Below, piece by piece: positions 9,629-20,400 of a stretch of 64,000 nucleotides of DNA. Position 1 is the first letter of the stretch, and each line of letters opens with the position of its first letter. The translations under genes were made by a program, and so were the position numbers. This stretch comes from Patescibacteria group bacterium (GTDB lineage: Bacteria > Bacteroidota > Ignavibacteria > Kapaibacteriales > Kapaibacteriaceae): assembly GCA_044238605.1 (NCBI GenBank), contig JBIICY010000004.1, positions 29,395 to 93,394 on the forward strand, given 5' to 3'. The notes beneath the pieces were generated by a model that worked only from the letters and a program-made list of their open reading frames with translations, was not told where the DNA came from and ran no database searches.

Positions 9629-11017
9629 TTACCTGTCTGCGATAGAGGTTTCGTGTGTACTGAATGTGCAGCGCAGTACACGTGTAGTTGCGTTGGTTAC
9701 TGGGGCAATGTTACTGCGCCGAAAACCGCACACCCACAAAATACTGCTGCCGTTGGTAAGTACCCGTACGTTCCGCCGGATTTCATGAGGCACGCGAAGG
9801 TTGGTTAAGATGTCGCTCACCAGTGCAGATTTCCCATCCATCCCGAACGGAGCTATACGATCTCCATCGGTCCACGTGCGCCAGTAGAGCGGCATGAGCA
9901 CGTGATCAGCATCAAACAACGTCACGTTTGGTGAAAAAACTAGCCCCTTGTCATAACTCAGAGTGTCAAGATCAAGAACATCATCTCCGGAAAGATATCG
10001 TCCGCCCCCATCTATGCGTATCGATGCCGCATCATGGGTTCCATCTGCCCCAACAATCACGTAACCACGCTCTTTGAGGGCCATTACATTGTTGCTTAGC
10101 GAAGCGCGTGTGCCGGGTTCTTGCGTTAGGAGCACCTGAATTCTGTCTTGATCAATTGATGACAAAGAAAGCGTGTCGTGCAGAAGAAGCGCCCGAAGAT
10201 CAGGATGCAGTTCGTTGAGAGCATCTGCGTCGAGCACGACCCGCTCTGCGCCATTGCAACTGGAGCGTTTGACCGCGTTGCGGTAGGGGGCAAGCAGAAC
10301 ATCAAGTCCTCTCCGAAGCTGCTTCATGTGCCGAGTTGTCTCATGAATGCCGTTCAGAGCTGAGGCGCAAAGAGCACTCGTCAATGCGGGAAGGACAGTG
10401 TGTCGCACGCGGTTGCGAGTATACTCGTCGCTGTCGTTTGTGTGGTCCTCACGCCAGGATAGTCCATGTTCTGCCGCATACAGTTCAACCTCGCTTCGAG
10501 GACAGTCTAGGAGCGGACGTGCTATGGAGTATGGGGCATCGGCACGTAGTGCAGGGATTGCCGAGAGACCCTTGTACCCAGAGCCCCTTGCAGCGTGCAT
10601 GATAAAGGTCTCGACGTTGTCGTTCATCGTGTGTGCTGTGCATACAAACCGCGCATTGGTCTGTGCAGCCCAGCGTGCAAAGGCGCTGTATCGCTGCATA
10701 CGTGCGCATGCCTCTATGCCGCGTTCGGCTGCAAGATGGTGGTCTCGCGTTGCAAAGCGTTCAACGAGGATGTCACAGTTATATGTATTGGCAAGATTCC
10801 GTACAAAGTGCTCGTCGCTATCGCTGTGCTCTGCCCGAAGACAGTGGTTAACGTGAGCGATGCAGACGTTGACGCCGCGATCGCGGCCTGAATGAATGAG
10901 TGCATGGAGAAGCACCGAGCTGTCGATACCGCCGCTAACACCGACCAGAATCGTCTCGTCCTGCACGCCATGTGCTGCGTAGAACGAACGAACCGCGGTA
11001 TCGATTTGGGTGGTCAT
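9629..11017 (-). CDS. tilS: tRNA(Ile)-lysidine synthetase TilS
   Basis: PP-loop VGVSGGIDSSVLL. It sits in the conserved tilS-hpt-ftsH arrangement. Confidence 0.8.
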   Translation of the reverse strand: MTTQIDTAVRSFYAAHGVQDETILVGVSGGIDSSVLLHALIHSGRDRGVNVCIAHVNHCLRAEHSDSDEHFVRNLANTYNCDILVERFATRDHHLAAERGIEACARMQRYSAFARWAAQTNARFVCTAHTMNDNVETFIMHAARGSGYKGLSAIPALRADAPYSIARPLLDCPRSEVELYAAEHGLSWREDHTNDSDEYTRNRVRHTVLPALTSALCASALNGIHETTRHMKQLRRGLDVLLAPYRNAVKRSSCNGAERVVLDADALNELHPDLRALLLHDTLSLSSIDQDRIQVLLTQEPGTRASLSNNVMALKERGYVIVGADGTHDAASIRIDGGGRYLSGDDVLDLDTLSYDKGLVFSPNVTLFDADHVLMPLYWRTWTDGDRIAPFGMDGKSALVSDILTNLRVPHEIRRNVRVLTNGSSILWVCGFRRSNIAPVTNATTRVLRCTFSTHETSIADR

Positions 11018-12000
11018 ACAACGGCTGTTGGATCGGGGGCTTCTAGTTCGCTGGCAAAAGCGAGCATTCGCTCTTCAATCAGCGGATATGTTTCAAAGCG
11101 AACGACGTCCTGCCGGCACAACGAGTTGTTCCGAAGCCCCTTGAGATAGCCTCCGTAATGCTTCCGAAACTCGTGAATTGCCCTGCGTTCCTGCTTATGG
11201 AGCAATTCGAGACGCAAATGTTCAAGGCATGTTTCGATACGCTCGCGCGGTGTGACGGGATCGTAACTACCTGTGGCCATGAACTGCTTTGCACCGCGAA
11301 AGACAAACGGGTTGCCGATTGCTGCTCTGCCGATCATCACAGCATCTGCCCCTGTTTCATGAAATGCGCGTTGTACATCCTCGGGAGTGCGAACATCGCC
11401 GTTGAGAATTATTGGGATATCTACAACCTCTTTAATACGAGGAATCCAGGACCAATCGGCGTCGCCATCGTGTCCCATGTCTCGCGTTCTGCAGTGAACA
11501 GTTAATGCCGCAGCCCCTGCATCCTGAATCATTTTTGCAACATCAAGAATTACAATGGTGTCCCGAGACCATCCAAGACGTGTTTTTACTGTAACCGGTT
11601 TGTCTACCGCATCAACAATTGCGCGGGTCAGCCGCTGCATCTGCGGAGGATCTTTCAACAGTGCAGCACCGGCATTTCGGACGACCACGTTCTTCACCCA
11701 GCAGCCAAAATTGATGTCGACGAAGTCCGGTCCAGCATCTGCGGCGCGCCTGGCAGCCTCAACCATTACGTCTTCGTCGCCACCAAAAATCTGAATCGAA
11801 ACGGGGCGCTCATTCTCTGCAAGTTGTAGTTTTTCCATAGACCTACGTGCATCGCGCACGAGGCCATCGCTTGATATAAACTCCGTGTAGACGATGTCGG
11901 CACCGTACTTTTTGCACATCTGCCGGAAGGGTAGGTTTGTTACATCCTCCATAGGTGCCAGCAGCACCCCTTGGTCTACGTCGACATGTCCGATTTTCAT
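11014..12000 (-). CDS. dusB: tRNA-dihydrouridine synthase (DusB-like)
   Basis: The N-terminus LLAPMEDVTNLPFRQMCKKYGADIVYTEF is typical of the Dus family. A 4-nt overlap with tilS indicates one operon. Confidence 0.8.
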   Translation of the reverse strand: MKIGHVDVDQGVLLAPMEDVTNLPFRQMCKKYGADIVYTEFISSDGLVRDARRSMEKLQLAENERPVSIQIFGGDEDVMVEAARRAADAGPDFVDINFGCWVKNVVVRNAGAALLKDPPQMQRLTRAIVDAVDKPVTVKTRLGWSRDTIVILDVAKMIQDAGAAALTVHCRTRDMGHDGDADWSWIPRIKEVVDIPIILNGDVRTPEDVQRAFHETGADAVMIGRAAIGNPFVFRGAKQFMATGSYDPVTPRERIETCLEHLRLELLHKQERRAIHEFRKHYGGYLKGLRNNSLCRQDVVRFETYPLIEERMLAFASELEAPDPTAVV

Positions 12001-12122
12001 CCTGCAAAGCTACGATTTCCCGTTTTTTTTCCCCGACCTCTTGCATAGCGCGCAACAAATAGTGATGTTCGTGTCTGGTAGGGGGCACTCGGGACGATAA
12101 ACAAATGGGTAAAACTGTTGTT

Positions 12123-12150
12123 TTGTCTAATTGTTTTCTGTTCGTATAAT
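12123..12150 (+). promoter_or_regulatory. Putative sigma70-like promoter (TTGTCT - 16 bp - TATAAT) for the 12198 secreted-protein gene
   Basis: Perfect TATAAT at 12145-12150 with TTGTCT 16 bp upstream, about 45 nt upstream of the start codon. The assignment depends on the unconfirmed lineage. Confidence 0.3.
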
Positions 12151-12197
12151 AGCAACCACCCAAACAACGAATTCAACACTATTATTCATTCAGGGAT

Positions 12198-13529
12198 TTG
12201 GTCATGCATAAACTCTGCCTCCTTGCGGCATTCGCCGCACTCGCCGTCAGTGCCTCAGCAGGCGATGGCGATCGTACGCAGAACGTGACACCAGGTATCG
12301 ATACGATGCCACCAGTCATCACTGCTACATCGCTTCCTTGCGGTGTACGTGAGTTCACTGCTACGGAGCTCCGTAACAACCCTAATCCGCCAAAGCCAAC
12401 GCCAGGCGAAAAGGATCAGGTTGAGAGCGGTATTCAGCGCATTCGTCTTGCGCTCGACCCATCAGCGACAAATGTTACGCTGACACTTATCACAACACAG
12501 ACCTTCCCGAAGGATAATCCTGTATTCTCGTGCACGTTCCAAGTTGCACTGAAGGATCCGTCCAAGCCAGGTAGCTGCGTTATCGAAGTGCTCGACTGGA
12601 AGAACAACCTCACACAGCAGCAGATCAACATCGCAGCTGCTGCACCTGCAATCTCAGTTTCATCTGTGAATGTAGGATTGGTTAAGGTTGGCAACGTTGG
12701 TCAAGGCACAGTGAAGATCACCAACAACGGTGATGGTCCGATGATCCTTACAAACGTTTCGCTTCGCACAGGCTCACGCTTTGCGATTACAGCTGGCAAC
12801 AATGTTCCTGTAAACGTTGCACCAAATGGTGGAACACATGACATTGCATTCAGCTACACACCAACAGCTGCTTCTGAGAACGGTGATGACGATGTCCTCA
12901 CAGTTGAAACAGCTTGCGGTAACGTTACTTCCGCTCTGAGCGGCAAGGGCGGTGTGTCACGCATTGTTGTAGAAGACTGGAATGCAGGCGAAGTTGCTGC
13001 AGATGTTCAGAAGTGCAAGCCAGATCCAGGTCTGTTGATCCAGAACACAGGTAACGTTGATCTTACGATCACAAACCTCCAGGTCAGCGATCCGAAGTTC
13101 ACGCTTTCAACTCCAACAGTTCCAGCTCTGCCATTCACAATCCCAGCTGGTGGTTCACAGAGTGTTGGTCAGCTTTGCTACAAGTCATCTACGCTTGGCA
13201 GCGCTTCAGCAACCCTCACAATCACATCAGACGCAACGGATGCAACAGACAACGTAGCAAACCTTTCAGCTTCAACGTCAACAAGTGTTGAAGACGAAAT
13301 CGGTCAAATCGCTCGTGTTTGGTTCGATGCTGCAAACAGCCAGATTGTATTCTCACAAGTTCAGCCATCAACGGTTGTAACAGTTGTTGACCTCCAAGGC
13401 CGTGTTCTTGCTACGCAAGTAGCAGAAGGCTCATCACTCCGCATCAATGCTTCGGCTTGGACGGGTGTTGTAATGGTTAGCTTCACAGATGAGAGTGGTG
13501 TTAACTCACGCACGATCAGCGTTCGTTAA
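12198..13529 (+). CDS. Secreted repeat protein (Ig-like / choice-of-anchor-D-like beta domains) with a T9SS C-terminal sorting domain
   Basis: Signal peptide MVMHKLCLLAAFAALAVSASA. The C-terminus ...VVDLQGRVLATQVAEGSSLRINASAWTGVVMVSFTDESGVNSRTISVR fits the T9SS CTD pattern. Confidence 0.6.
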   Translation: MVMHKLCLLAAFAALAVSASAGDGDRTQNVTPGIDTMPPVITATSLPCGVREFTATELRNNPNPPKPTPGEKDQVESGIQRIRLALDPSATNVTLTLITTQTFPKDNPVFSCTFQVALKDPSKPGSCVIEVLDWKNNLTQQQINIAAAAPAISVSSVNVGLVKVGNVGQGTVKITNNGDGPMILTNVSLRTGSRFAITAGNNVPVNVAPNGGTHDIAFSYTPTAASENGDDDVLTVETACGNVTSALSGKGGVSRIVVEDWNAGEVAADVQKCKPDPGLLIQNTGNVDLTITNLQVSDPKFTLSTPTVPALPFTIPAGGSQSVGQLCYKSSTLGSASATLTITSDATDATDNVANLSASTSTSVEDEIGQIARVWFDAANSQIVFSQVQPSTVVTVVDLQGRVLATQVAEGSSLRINASAWTGVVMVSFTDESGVNSRTISVR

Positions 13530-13551
13530 TCTCGCGATCTATCGCAAATCC

Positions 13552-13589
13552 AAAGGGGCAGGTGTTTACACCTGCCCCTTTTTCGTTTT
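13552..13589 (+). terminator. Strong hairpin terminator between the convergent 12198 and MATE genes
   Basis: 12-bp perfect stem AAGGGGCAGGTG / CACCTGCCCCTT with loop TTTA, followed by TTTTCGTTTT. Confidence 0.6.
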
Positions 13590-14897
13590 GTAATGTATAC
13601 GGACAACGTATCCAGTGCTGGCAAGGATCAAGGCTACAACGTAGCCGATCCATACACCTTGCTCTTTCAACGGCGTTGAGGTGCTCAAGAAGTAGCCAAG
13701 GGGGAGAGCCACGATCGTGTAGGAGCAGAATGCGATGATAGTTGGCACCTTGGTGTCTTCGAGACCACGAAGGATTCCCATTCCCACCGCCTGCAGACCG
13801 TCGAATACTTGAAACACCGCGGCATAGATGAGTAAGACGCTGGCGATGTGAATCGTCGACGCATCATCGATGTACACATCAGGCAAAAGCCAACGGCCTG
13901 TCAGCAGCACAAATGCAGTAGCGATCTCATAGAGTGCTACCAGACCAAGAGCGGTGAATGCCTCGCTGCGCACATTCCGCCAGTTACCAGCGCCGCACTC
14001 TTGTGCAACCGTGATCGTCGAAGCAGAGCCGAATGCAAGAGCAATCATGAAGGTTACCGACGCGATATTCAGAGCGATCTGATGCGCTGCCAGTTCAGTT
14101 GCTCCGATCCAGCCGATCATGATTGCACCAGCCGCAAAGGCCATTACCTCCATTGTGATCTGCGCTCCGATGGCTGTGCCGGACTTCCAGATTTTGGAAG
14201 CGATTTCCGGAATCGATGATACAGAGGCTTTGGCGTTGCGCAATGGTGAAAAGAAGTCGTACCGTTTCCAGGCAGCATAGGCCAGTACAACACCAAATCC
14301 GCGAGATAGGAACGTTGCAAGCCCGGCACCCTCTGCTCCCATGGCTGGCAGCCCTGCAATACCCCAGATCAACAGCCAGTTGAACAGCACATTTAACAGG
14401 TTCGCAATGATGGCGATCATCATTGGAAGCTTTGTATTGCCCATACCTTCAGAGGTCTGTTTGAAGATCCCAAAGGTCAATCGAAACATGAAACTTGCAA
14501 CGAACCATCGATAATATGGGCCTGCCTCAGCCGTAACGTTTTCTGGCGCCCCTAGTAACCACAGAAATGGACTTAGCGCCAAGAGCAGGGCTACGAGGAC
14601 AGATGCCACGATAATGGAGATCCTGGCACCGGAGACAACTACCGCCTTTGCCTGCTCCACGTCTCCACGGCCCCATGCAGCTGCCAGAAGAGGCGTGATG
14701 GCGATGTTGTATCCCAAACCGAACAACAGGACCAGCATAGCACTGGAGCTTGACAACGATACAGCGGCCAGCGCCGTTGTGCCGAGCGCTCCAACCATAA
14801 TCGTGTCAACAGCGACGGTTACCATATCGCTTACCTGAGAGGCTGCTAAGGGAGCTGCCAAGCGGCCGAGACGCTTTGCACGTTCAATTCTATTCAT
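13566..14897 (-). CDS. MATE-family multidrug/efflux transporter
   Basis: 12-TM profile and NorM-like N-terminus RLAAPLAASQVSDMVTVAVDTIMVGALG. Confidence 0.8.
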   Translation of the reverse strand: MNRIERAKRLGRLAAPLAASQVSDMVTVAVDTIMVGALGTTALAAVSLSSSSAMLVLLFGLGYNIAITPLLAAAWGRGDVEQAKAVVVSGARISIIVASVLVALLLALSPFLWLLGAPENVTAEAGPYYRWFVASFMFRLTFGIFKQTSEGMGNTKLPMMIAIIANLLNVLFNWLLIWGIAGLPAMGAEGAGLATFLSRGFGVVLAYAAWKRYDFFSPLRNAKASVSSIPEIASKIWKSGTAIGAQITMEVMAFAAGAIMIGWIGATELAAHQIALNIASVTFMIALAFGSASTITVAQECGAGNWRNVRSEAFTALGLVALYEIATAFVLLTGRWLLPDVYIDDASTIHIASVLLIYAAVFQVFDGLQAVGMGILRGLEDTKVPTIIAFCSYTIVALPLGYFLSTSTPLKEQGVWIGYVVALILASTGYVVRIHYKTKKGQV

Positions 14898-14945
14898 ACT
14901 GGCAATCTGCCAAAAAAACGAGAGGTGGAGTTCGTAACTTCGCGC

Positions 14946-15971
14946 ATGAAGAGTTTTCGATTTTTCTCAAACGACGTCGGCATTGACCTTGGCACTGCCA
15001 ATACCTTGATATGGCAAAAAGGTAAGGGCATTGTCTTAAATGAACCCTCGATCGTAGCATTTGATCGCACTACAAAGAACATCATCGCGATCGGTAATGA
15101 TGCCGAACAGATGGTTGGCAAAACACACCGCGACATCAAAACGATTCGTCCTCTCAAGGACGGTGTGATTGCCGACTTCGAAATCGCTGAAGGAATGTTG
15201 CGCGCATTTATCAATAAGTCTTCGACAACCATGTCGCAGGCCAAGCGCATGGTTATCTGCGTTCCTTCTGGTATCACCGAAGTAGAAAAACGTGCAGTTC
15301 GCGATTCTGCTGAACATGCAGGTGCTAAACAAGTTCATCTTATTGCAGAGCCTATGGCTGCTGCGATCGGCGTAGGTATTGATGTTCACGAACCGATGGG
15401 CAACATGGTTGTCGACATCGGTGGCGGAACAACAGAAATCGCAGTGATCGCTCTATCGGGTATTGTTGTAGCAGAGTCAATCCGCATTGCCGGTGATGAA
15501 CTGACAAGTTCGATTGTAAACTGGTTTAAGAGACAGCATAACATTCTTATCGGTGACCGCTCAGCAGAGATCATCAAGAAAAGTGTTGGTTCTGCGTGGC
15601 CCCTTAATCAAGAGATTGAAGTTGAGGTCAAGGGGCGCGACATGGTAACCGGCACTCCGAAGAGTATCATCGTGTCGAGCGAAGCTATTCGCGGAGCTCT
15701 CAACGAAAATGTTTCTACGATCGTAGAGGCGGTTCTTGCACTTCTCGAGAAGACTCCGCCGGAGTTGTCCGCAGATATCTTTGACCGCGGGATCATTCTG
15801 ACCGGTGGCGGTGCGCTCCTGAAGGGTCTTGATGAGCGGCTACGCAGAGAAACAAGCCTGCCCGTGCACATTGCAGATGATCCGTTAACGGCCGTTGCGC
15901 GTGGTACCGGCAAGGTACTTGAAGATCTTGATGCCTATTCATCGGTATTGATCAAATCTAAACGGTACTAA
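14946..15971 (+). CDS. mreB: Rod-shape-determining protein MreB
   Basis: MKSFRFFSNDVGIDLGTANTLIWQKGKGIVLNEPSIVAF, an actin-like ATPase. Confidence 0.9.
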   Translation: MKSFRFFSNDVGIDLGTANTLIWQKGKGIVLNEPSIVAFDRTTKNIIAIGNDAEQMVGKTHRDIKTIRPLKDGVIADFEIAEGMLRAFINKSSTTMSQAKRMVICVPSGITEVEKRAVRDSAEHAGAKQVHLIAEPMAAAIGVGIDVHEPMGNMVVDIGGGTTEIAVIALSGIVVAESIRIAGDELTSSIVNWFKRQHNILIGDRSAEIIKKSVGSAWPLNQEIEVEVKGRDMVTGTPKSIIVSSEAIRGALNENVSTIVEAVLALLEKTPPELSADIFDRGIILTGGGALLKGLDERLRRETSLPVHIADDPLTAVARGTGKVLEDLDAYSSVLIKSKRY

Positions 15972-16822
15972 TGCGCGGACTGATCGAATTCGTTGTCCGA
16001 TACAGGAACTACATCACACTCAGTACGTTGGTTGTGATGTCGTTCTCGCTCATGAGCATTGGTAATCTTTCAGACCTTGGCGGCTTTCGTGCGGTTATTG
16101 TTGGATCGATCGGATGGATCCAATCTGCTTTTGCCTGGATACCGAACCCCGTTGCACTAAAAAGTGAAAACACGGCGCTTCGCGAGCTAAACCTTCAGCT
16201 TGCTGTTGAGGTTGCGCGTTCTCGCCAGGCCATCGTTGAGAATGAAACGATGCGAAAGATGATGAGGCTGCCGCAGTACACAGAACACAAGCTTATTGCA
16301 GCAGATATCGTCGGAAAGACAACAACCGAACAGCGTAACTATGCAACGATTAATCGAGGCAAAGCAAACGGTGTGCGCGAGGGCATGAGCTGCATCAATG
16401 ATGCAGGCCTAGTCGGGATCGTTATCGGTGCATCCGAGAATTATTCCGTGCTTGAGCTGCTGATAAACAGAGATACGCGGGTAAGCGCCAAAGTATTGCG
16501 AACCCGAGTCGATGGTGTGATTCAATGGGAAGGCGAGAATATTCTTGTCCTTAAGAACGTGCCACGCTCTCTTGATGTGCGGAAGTACGACGTTATCGTA
16601 ACATCTGCCTACAGCTCCAAGTATCCAGCGAACATCGTTATCGGCAGAGTATCAACGGTTGAAGACGAACCCAACTCGCTGTTTCACCGCATCGTGGTGC
16701 AGCCCTCGGTTAACTTTTCAACACTTGAACAGGTATTCATTGTAGACGCTCGACCAGATCCTGAACGGATCGGACTCGAGCGTAAGGTCGACGAAACCTC
16801 ACGTCAAAAGATCTCGCAATAG
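15971..16822 (+). CDS. mreC: Rod-shape-determining protein MreC
   Basis: ATGA overlap with mreB, N-terminal TM segment, coiled-coil region and beta domain. Confidence 0.8.
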   Translation: MRGLIEFVVRYRNYITLSTLVVMSFSLMSIGNLSDLGGFRAVIVGSIGWIQSAFAWIPNPVALKSENTALRELNLQLAVEVARSRQAIVENETMRKMMRLPQYTEHKLIAADIVGKTTTEQRNYATINRGKANGVREGMSCINDAGLVGIVIGASENYSVLELLINRDTRVSAKVLRTRVDGVIQWEGENILVLKNVPRSLDVRKYDVIVTSAYSSKYPANIVIGRVSTVEDEPNSLFHRIVVQPSVNFSTLEQVFIVDARPDPERIGLERKVDETSRQKISQ

Positions 16823-16830
16823 CAACCACA

Positions 16831-17361
16831 ATGGCACTCAATTTTGACATACGTCGGTCCGAGTACGTAACCAACCCTGTGCTTCGATACATCGGGTATG
16901 GCGTTATCGCTCTGCTCTTGAGCGTAGTGCACGTTGTATTCCTGCGATTCATGCAGGTAAGCTCAGTTACTCCCGACCTGCTGTTGATCTTTACGGTCTT
17001 TATTGCCATTTATGAAGGACAGTTTACCGGGATGATCGCCGGGTTTCTGTGTGGTCTTCTGTTCGATGCGATCTCGACAGACGTTATCGGTACCAATGCA
17101 CTTGCCAAGACGTTTGCCGGATTTGTAGCCGGATACTTCTATCGCGAGAACCAGGGAATACAGATCGTAGGCAGTCTGAACTTTCTCCTGATCGTGGCCC
17201 TAAGTGGATTTATCCACAACTTGGTCTACAGCTTTTTCTTTATCAAGCCCATGCAGGTATCATTCTGGGTTTTCTTCTTGCAGTACGGCCTTGCGGCCAC
17301 ACTCTATACAACAGTTACGGCGCTCTTCCTGATGCTTTTTGTGAACAGGCGTCGCGATTAA
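16831..17361 (+). CDS. mreD: Rod-shape-determining protein MreD
   Basis: Small polytopic membrane protein directly after mreC. Confidence 0.7.
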   Translation: MALNFDIRRSEYVTNPVLRYIGYGVIALLLSVVHVVFLRFMQVSSVTPDLLLIFTVFIAIYEGQFTGMIAGFLCGLLFDAISTDVIGTNALAKTFAGFVAGYFYRENQGIQIVGSLNFLLIVALSGFIHNLVYSFFFIKPMQVSFWVFFLQYGLAATLYTTVTALFLMLFVNRRRD

Positions 17362-17414
17362 CTTGTGGATAACTAGGTTGGTGTGGATAACGATCCGCGT
17401 CGCAAATTGACCCC

Positions 17415-20400
17415 ATGTATCTCTCAAAACTTGAAATGGTGGGCTTCAAGAGCTTTGGCTTGAAGACTGATCTGGATTTTACTGACGGTGTTACGGCAAT
17501 CGTTGGACCAAACGGTTGCGGCAAGACCAACGTTGTCGATGCGATTCGTTGGGTACTCGGCGAGCAGAAGACATCCATGCTTCGGGCCGACTCAATGGAT
17601 CAGGTGATCTTTAACGGTTCACGGACCCGTAAGCCCCTTGGCATGGCTGAAGTTTCGTTGACGATCGAAAACAATAAAGCCATCCTTCCTACCGAATACT
17701 CGCAAGTAGTTATCACGCGACGTCTTTTCAGAAATGGTGAGAGCCAGTATCTGCTGAACAAGACGCAGTGCCGGCTTCGTGATATCATTGACTTGTTCAT
17801 GGATACTGGCATGGGCTCTGACGCCTATTCCGTGATCGAGTTAAAAATGATCGAGACGATTCTGTCCGACAAGGCAGACGAGCGCAGGCACCTGTTCGAA
17901 GAGGCAGCTGGCGTTACGAAGTATAAAGCCCGAAGGCGCGAAGCTCAGCGTAAGCTTGATGCAGCGCAGCGTGATATCGCGCGGGTGCAGGACATCGTCC
18001 GGGAAGTACAGAAAACAGTAAACTCACTTGCGCGTCAGGCCGAAAAGGCACGTCAGCACCAGGAATTGTCGACGAAGCTCCGAGAACTCGACCGTCTTCT
18101 CTTTGCCTTCGAATACGCAGAAGAATATGCCCTGCTGCTTCAGCTGCAGGCGATGGTGCAGGGTATTCGAGAGCGGAGAGAGCAGGCTGAACAGTCCATT
18201 ACGGATCGTGAAAAGGCAGTTGCTGATGCTGAAGTCCAGCACCAGCAGTCAGATGCCGACATGCGCACGGCAATGGCATTTGAGACAGATGTGCGCACTG
18301 CGCTTGCAGAGATCCAGCAGACAATCTCACTTGTTAACGAGCGAAAGTCATCAACTCAGCGTACGCTCGACAGACTCGACCGTGAGAACGACGAGTCACA
18401 AAATCAGCAGTCGTCAACCTCTGAAGAGCTCAAGCATGTGCGCGAGCGCATGCTCGCTGTCCAGCAGGAGCACGCCGTCGTGACGCAGGATCTTGCAGAG
18501 TATCGTACCAAGGTGCAGGAGGCTCAAAGCGCTGTTGATGGAGTCCGTGCATCAATGGGTAGCAGACGTGAAGCACTGGCTGCGGCCCGTCAGCAGCTCA
18601 ACGAGCGATCCAATCTTGCTGATCGCTCACGAGTGCAGATGGATGCGCTGGGCCGTCGCAGACGTGATGTTGAGCAGCAGCAACAGCAGTCGCAGGAACG
18701 CATGCGTCAGGTCGAAGACCAGATCACTCGTGAAGGGGCCGACCTGCCAAACATTGAGCAACAGCTATCAGACGCAGAAAACCGTCTTCAGTCTGCAGAG
18801 CAGCGTCAGCGCGAACTCGAGGCACAACGCGACGTTCTGCAAAAGGAGCTTGAGGATTACCGCTCTGCCTTGGCACACAGTAAAGCATCGTTGGAGTTTT
18901 TGACGGGGCTTGTCGATACCACAGAGAGCAGCAAGTTCCTGCTCAACACCAAGGAGTGGCAGCCTTCGGGAGAGCGTGTTACGCTTGCCGAGGTGATCAA
19001 TACCCAAGAAGAGTACCGTGTAGCGATTGAAGCTGCACTAGGAGAGGCCGGACGCTATTTCGTGGTGGCCAACAGAGCAGAGGCCCAACAGGCAATTACT
19101 GCATTGTCGAAGAACAGCGTTGGTAAAGCAACGTTTCTCTGCCGTGATACGATTCCGGTGATGCATGCCCCTTCCTCGGAGAACCTTGCCGCTGGTGCAA
19201 TTGGCTGGGCATCAGAGGTTGTCACAACAGACGATCAGCTCCGTAGCGCGCTGCGTAGCCTACTGGGCGCTACTGTACTTGTAAGTAATCTCGATGATGC
19301 ATGGTCTGCTGTTGCTGCACCGGGAGTTTCATCGGCCGTTACGCTTGCTGGCGAGGTTGTGCACAAATCCGGAGCTGTGCGTGGAGGATCTACCTCGAAA
19401 ACGGAAGGCGTGCGCGTTGGACGTAGGGAACGCATTGATCAGCTGAACGAAGCGATCGCAAAACTTGAGAGCGCCATCGGCATCGCTGAAGGATCTCTTC
19501 GTGAGGTTCGCCAGGAGCTGGGTACAATCGATCTCCGGAGACTGGGCGACGAAGTGCGAAAGATTGCTCTGATACGTAATGATCGTCAGCAGCGCATCGA
19601 TGCTCTGCGCGGACGTGTCGAAGATATCTTGTCGCAACAGCAGTCATTGCACGACGAACTGCAGCGCATTGCAGAGGAAGTGCAGTCTCACAGTACAGAC
19701 CTTGCTGCTGTGGAGCAGGAAATCGCCGAAGCCTCGAGCATCGTAAGTGCCCGTGATAAGGAAATTGCCGAAGCAGAGCAGCATCTGCGCAGTGTTGAGG
19801 CTCAGAGTGCAGAACGCATTGCCGAATTGCGCACAGTGGAAATCCGTCTGGTTCGTCTGCAAGGCGAGCAGCAGACGTTGACCACAGACGAACAGCGTTT
19901 GGCCAATCAAAGTCTTACTATCGATCAGCGGCGTGCGCAACGGTCACAGGAACGCATAGATCTTGTGCAGCAGCTTGAGCAGCTTGAACAACAGCGAGTA
20001 ACAGACGAAGCGCAGGCCGCAAGAATCGTTGCGCGTCTTACAGAGGCACGTGCTAATCGCGAGAATCTTGAGCTCCAAGTCAAGGGTCATGCAGCTGCAG
20101 TGCAGGAAGGCAGCGAGCAGCTGCGACGCGATAGAAAAGCGCTCGATACACTTCTTGCAGAGCAGTATGATGCAGACGTCAAGCTCAACGAAGTAACCCT
20201 GCGTCTTGAATCGCTTGTTCGCAGGGCAACTGAAGAGTTGGATATCACACCGGATGAAACCCCATCCAATCCGGAATCGGAAATCGGACCAGAGCAGCTT
20301 CGCATCGATGTGCAAGAGCTGCGTCGAAGACTAACCTCGATGGGGAACGTAAACTTCCTGGCTCTCGAGGAGCATGAGCGTGAAAACGAACGGTTAAACT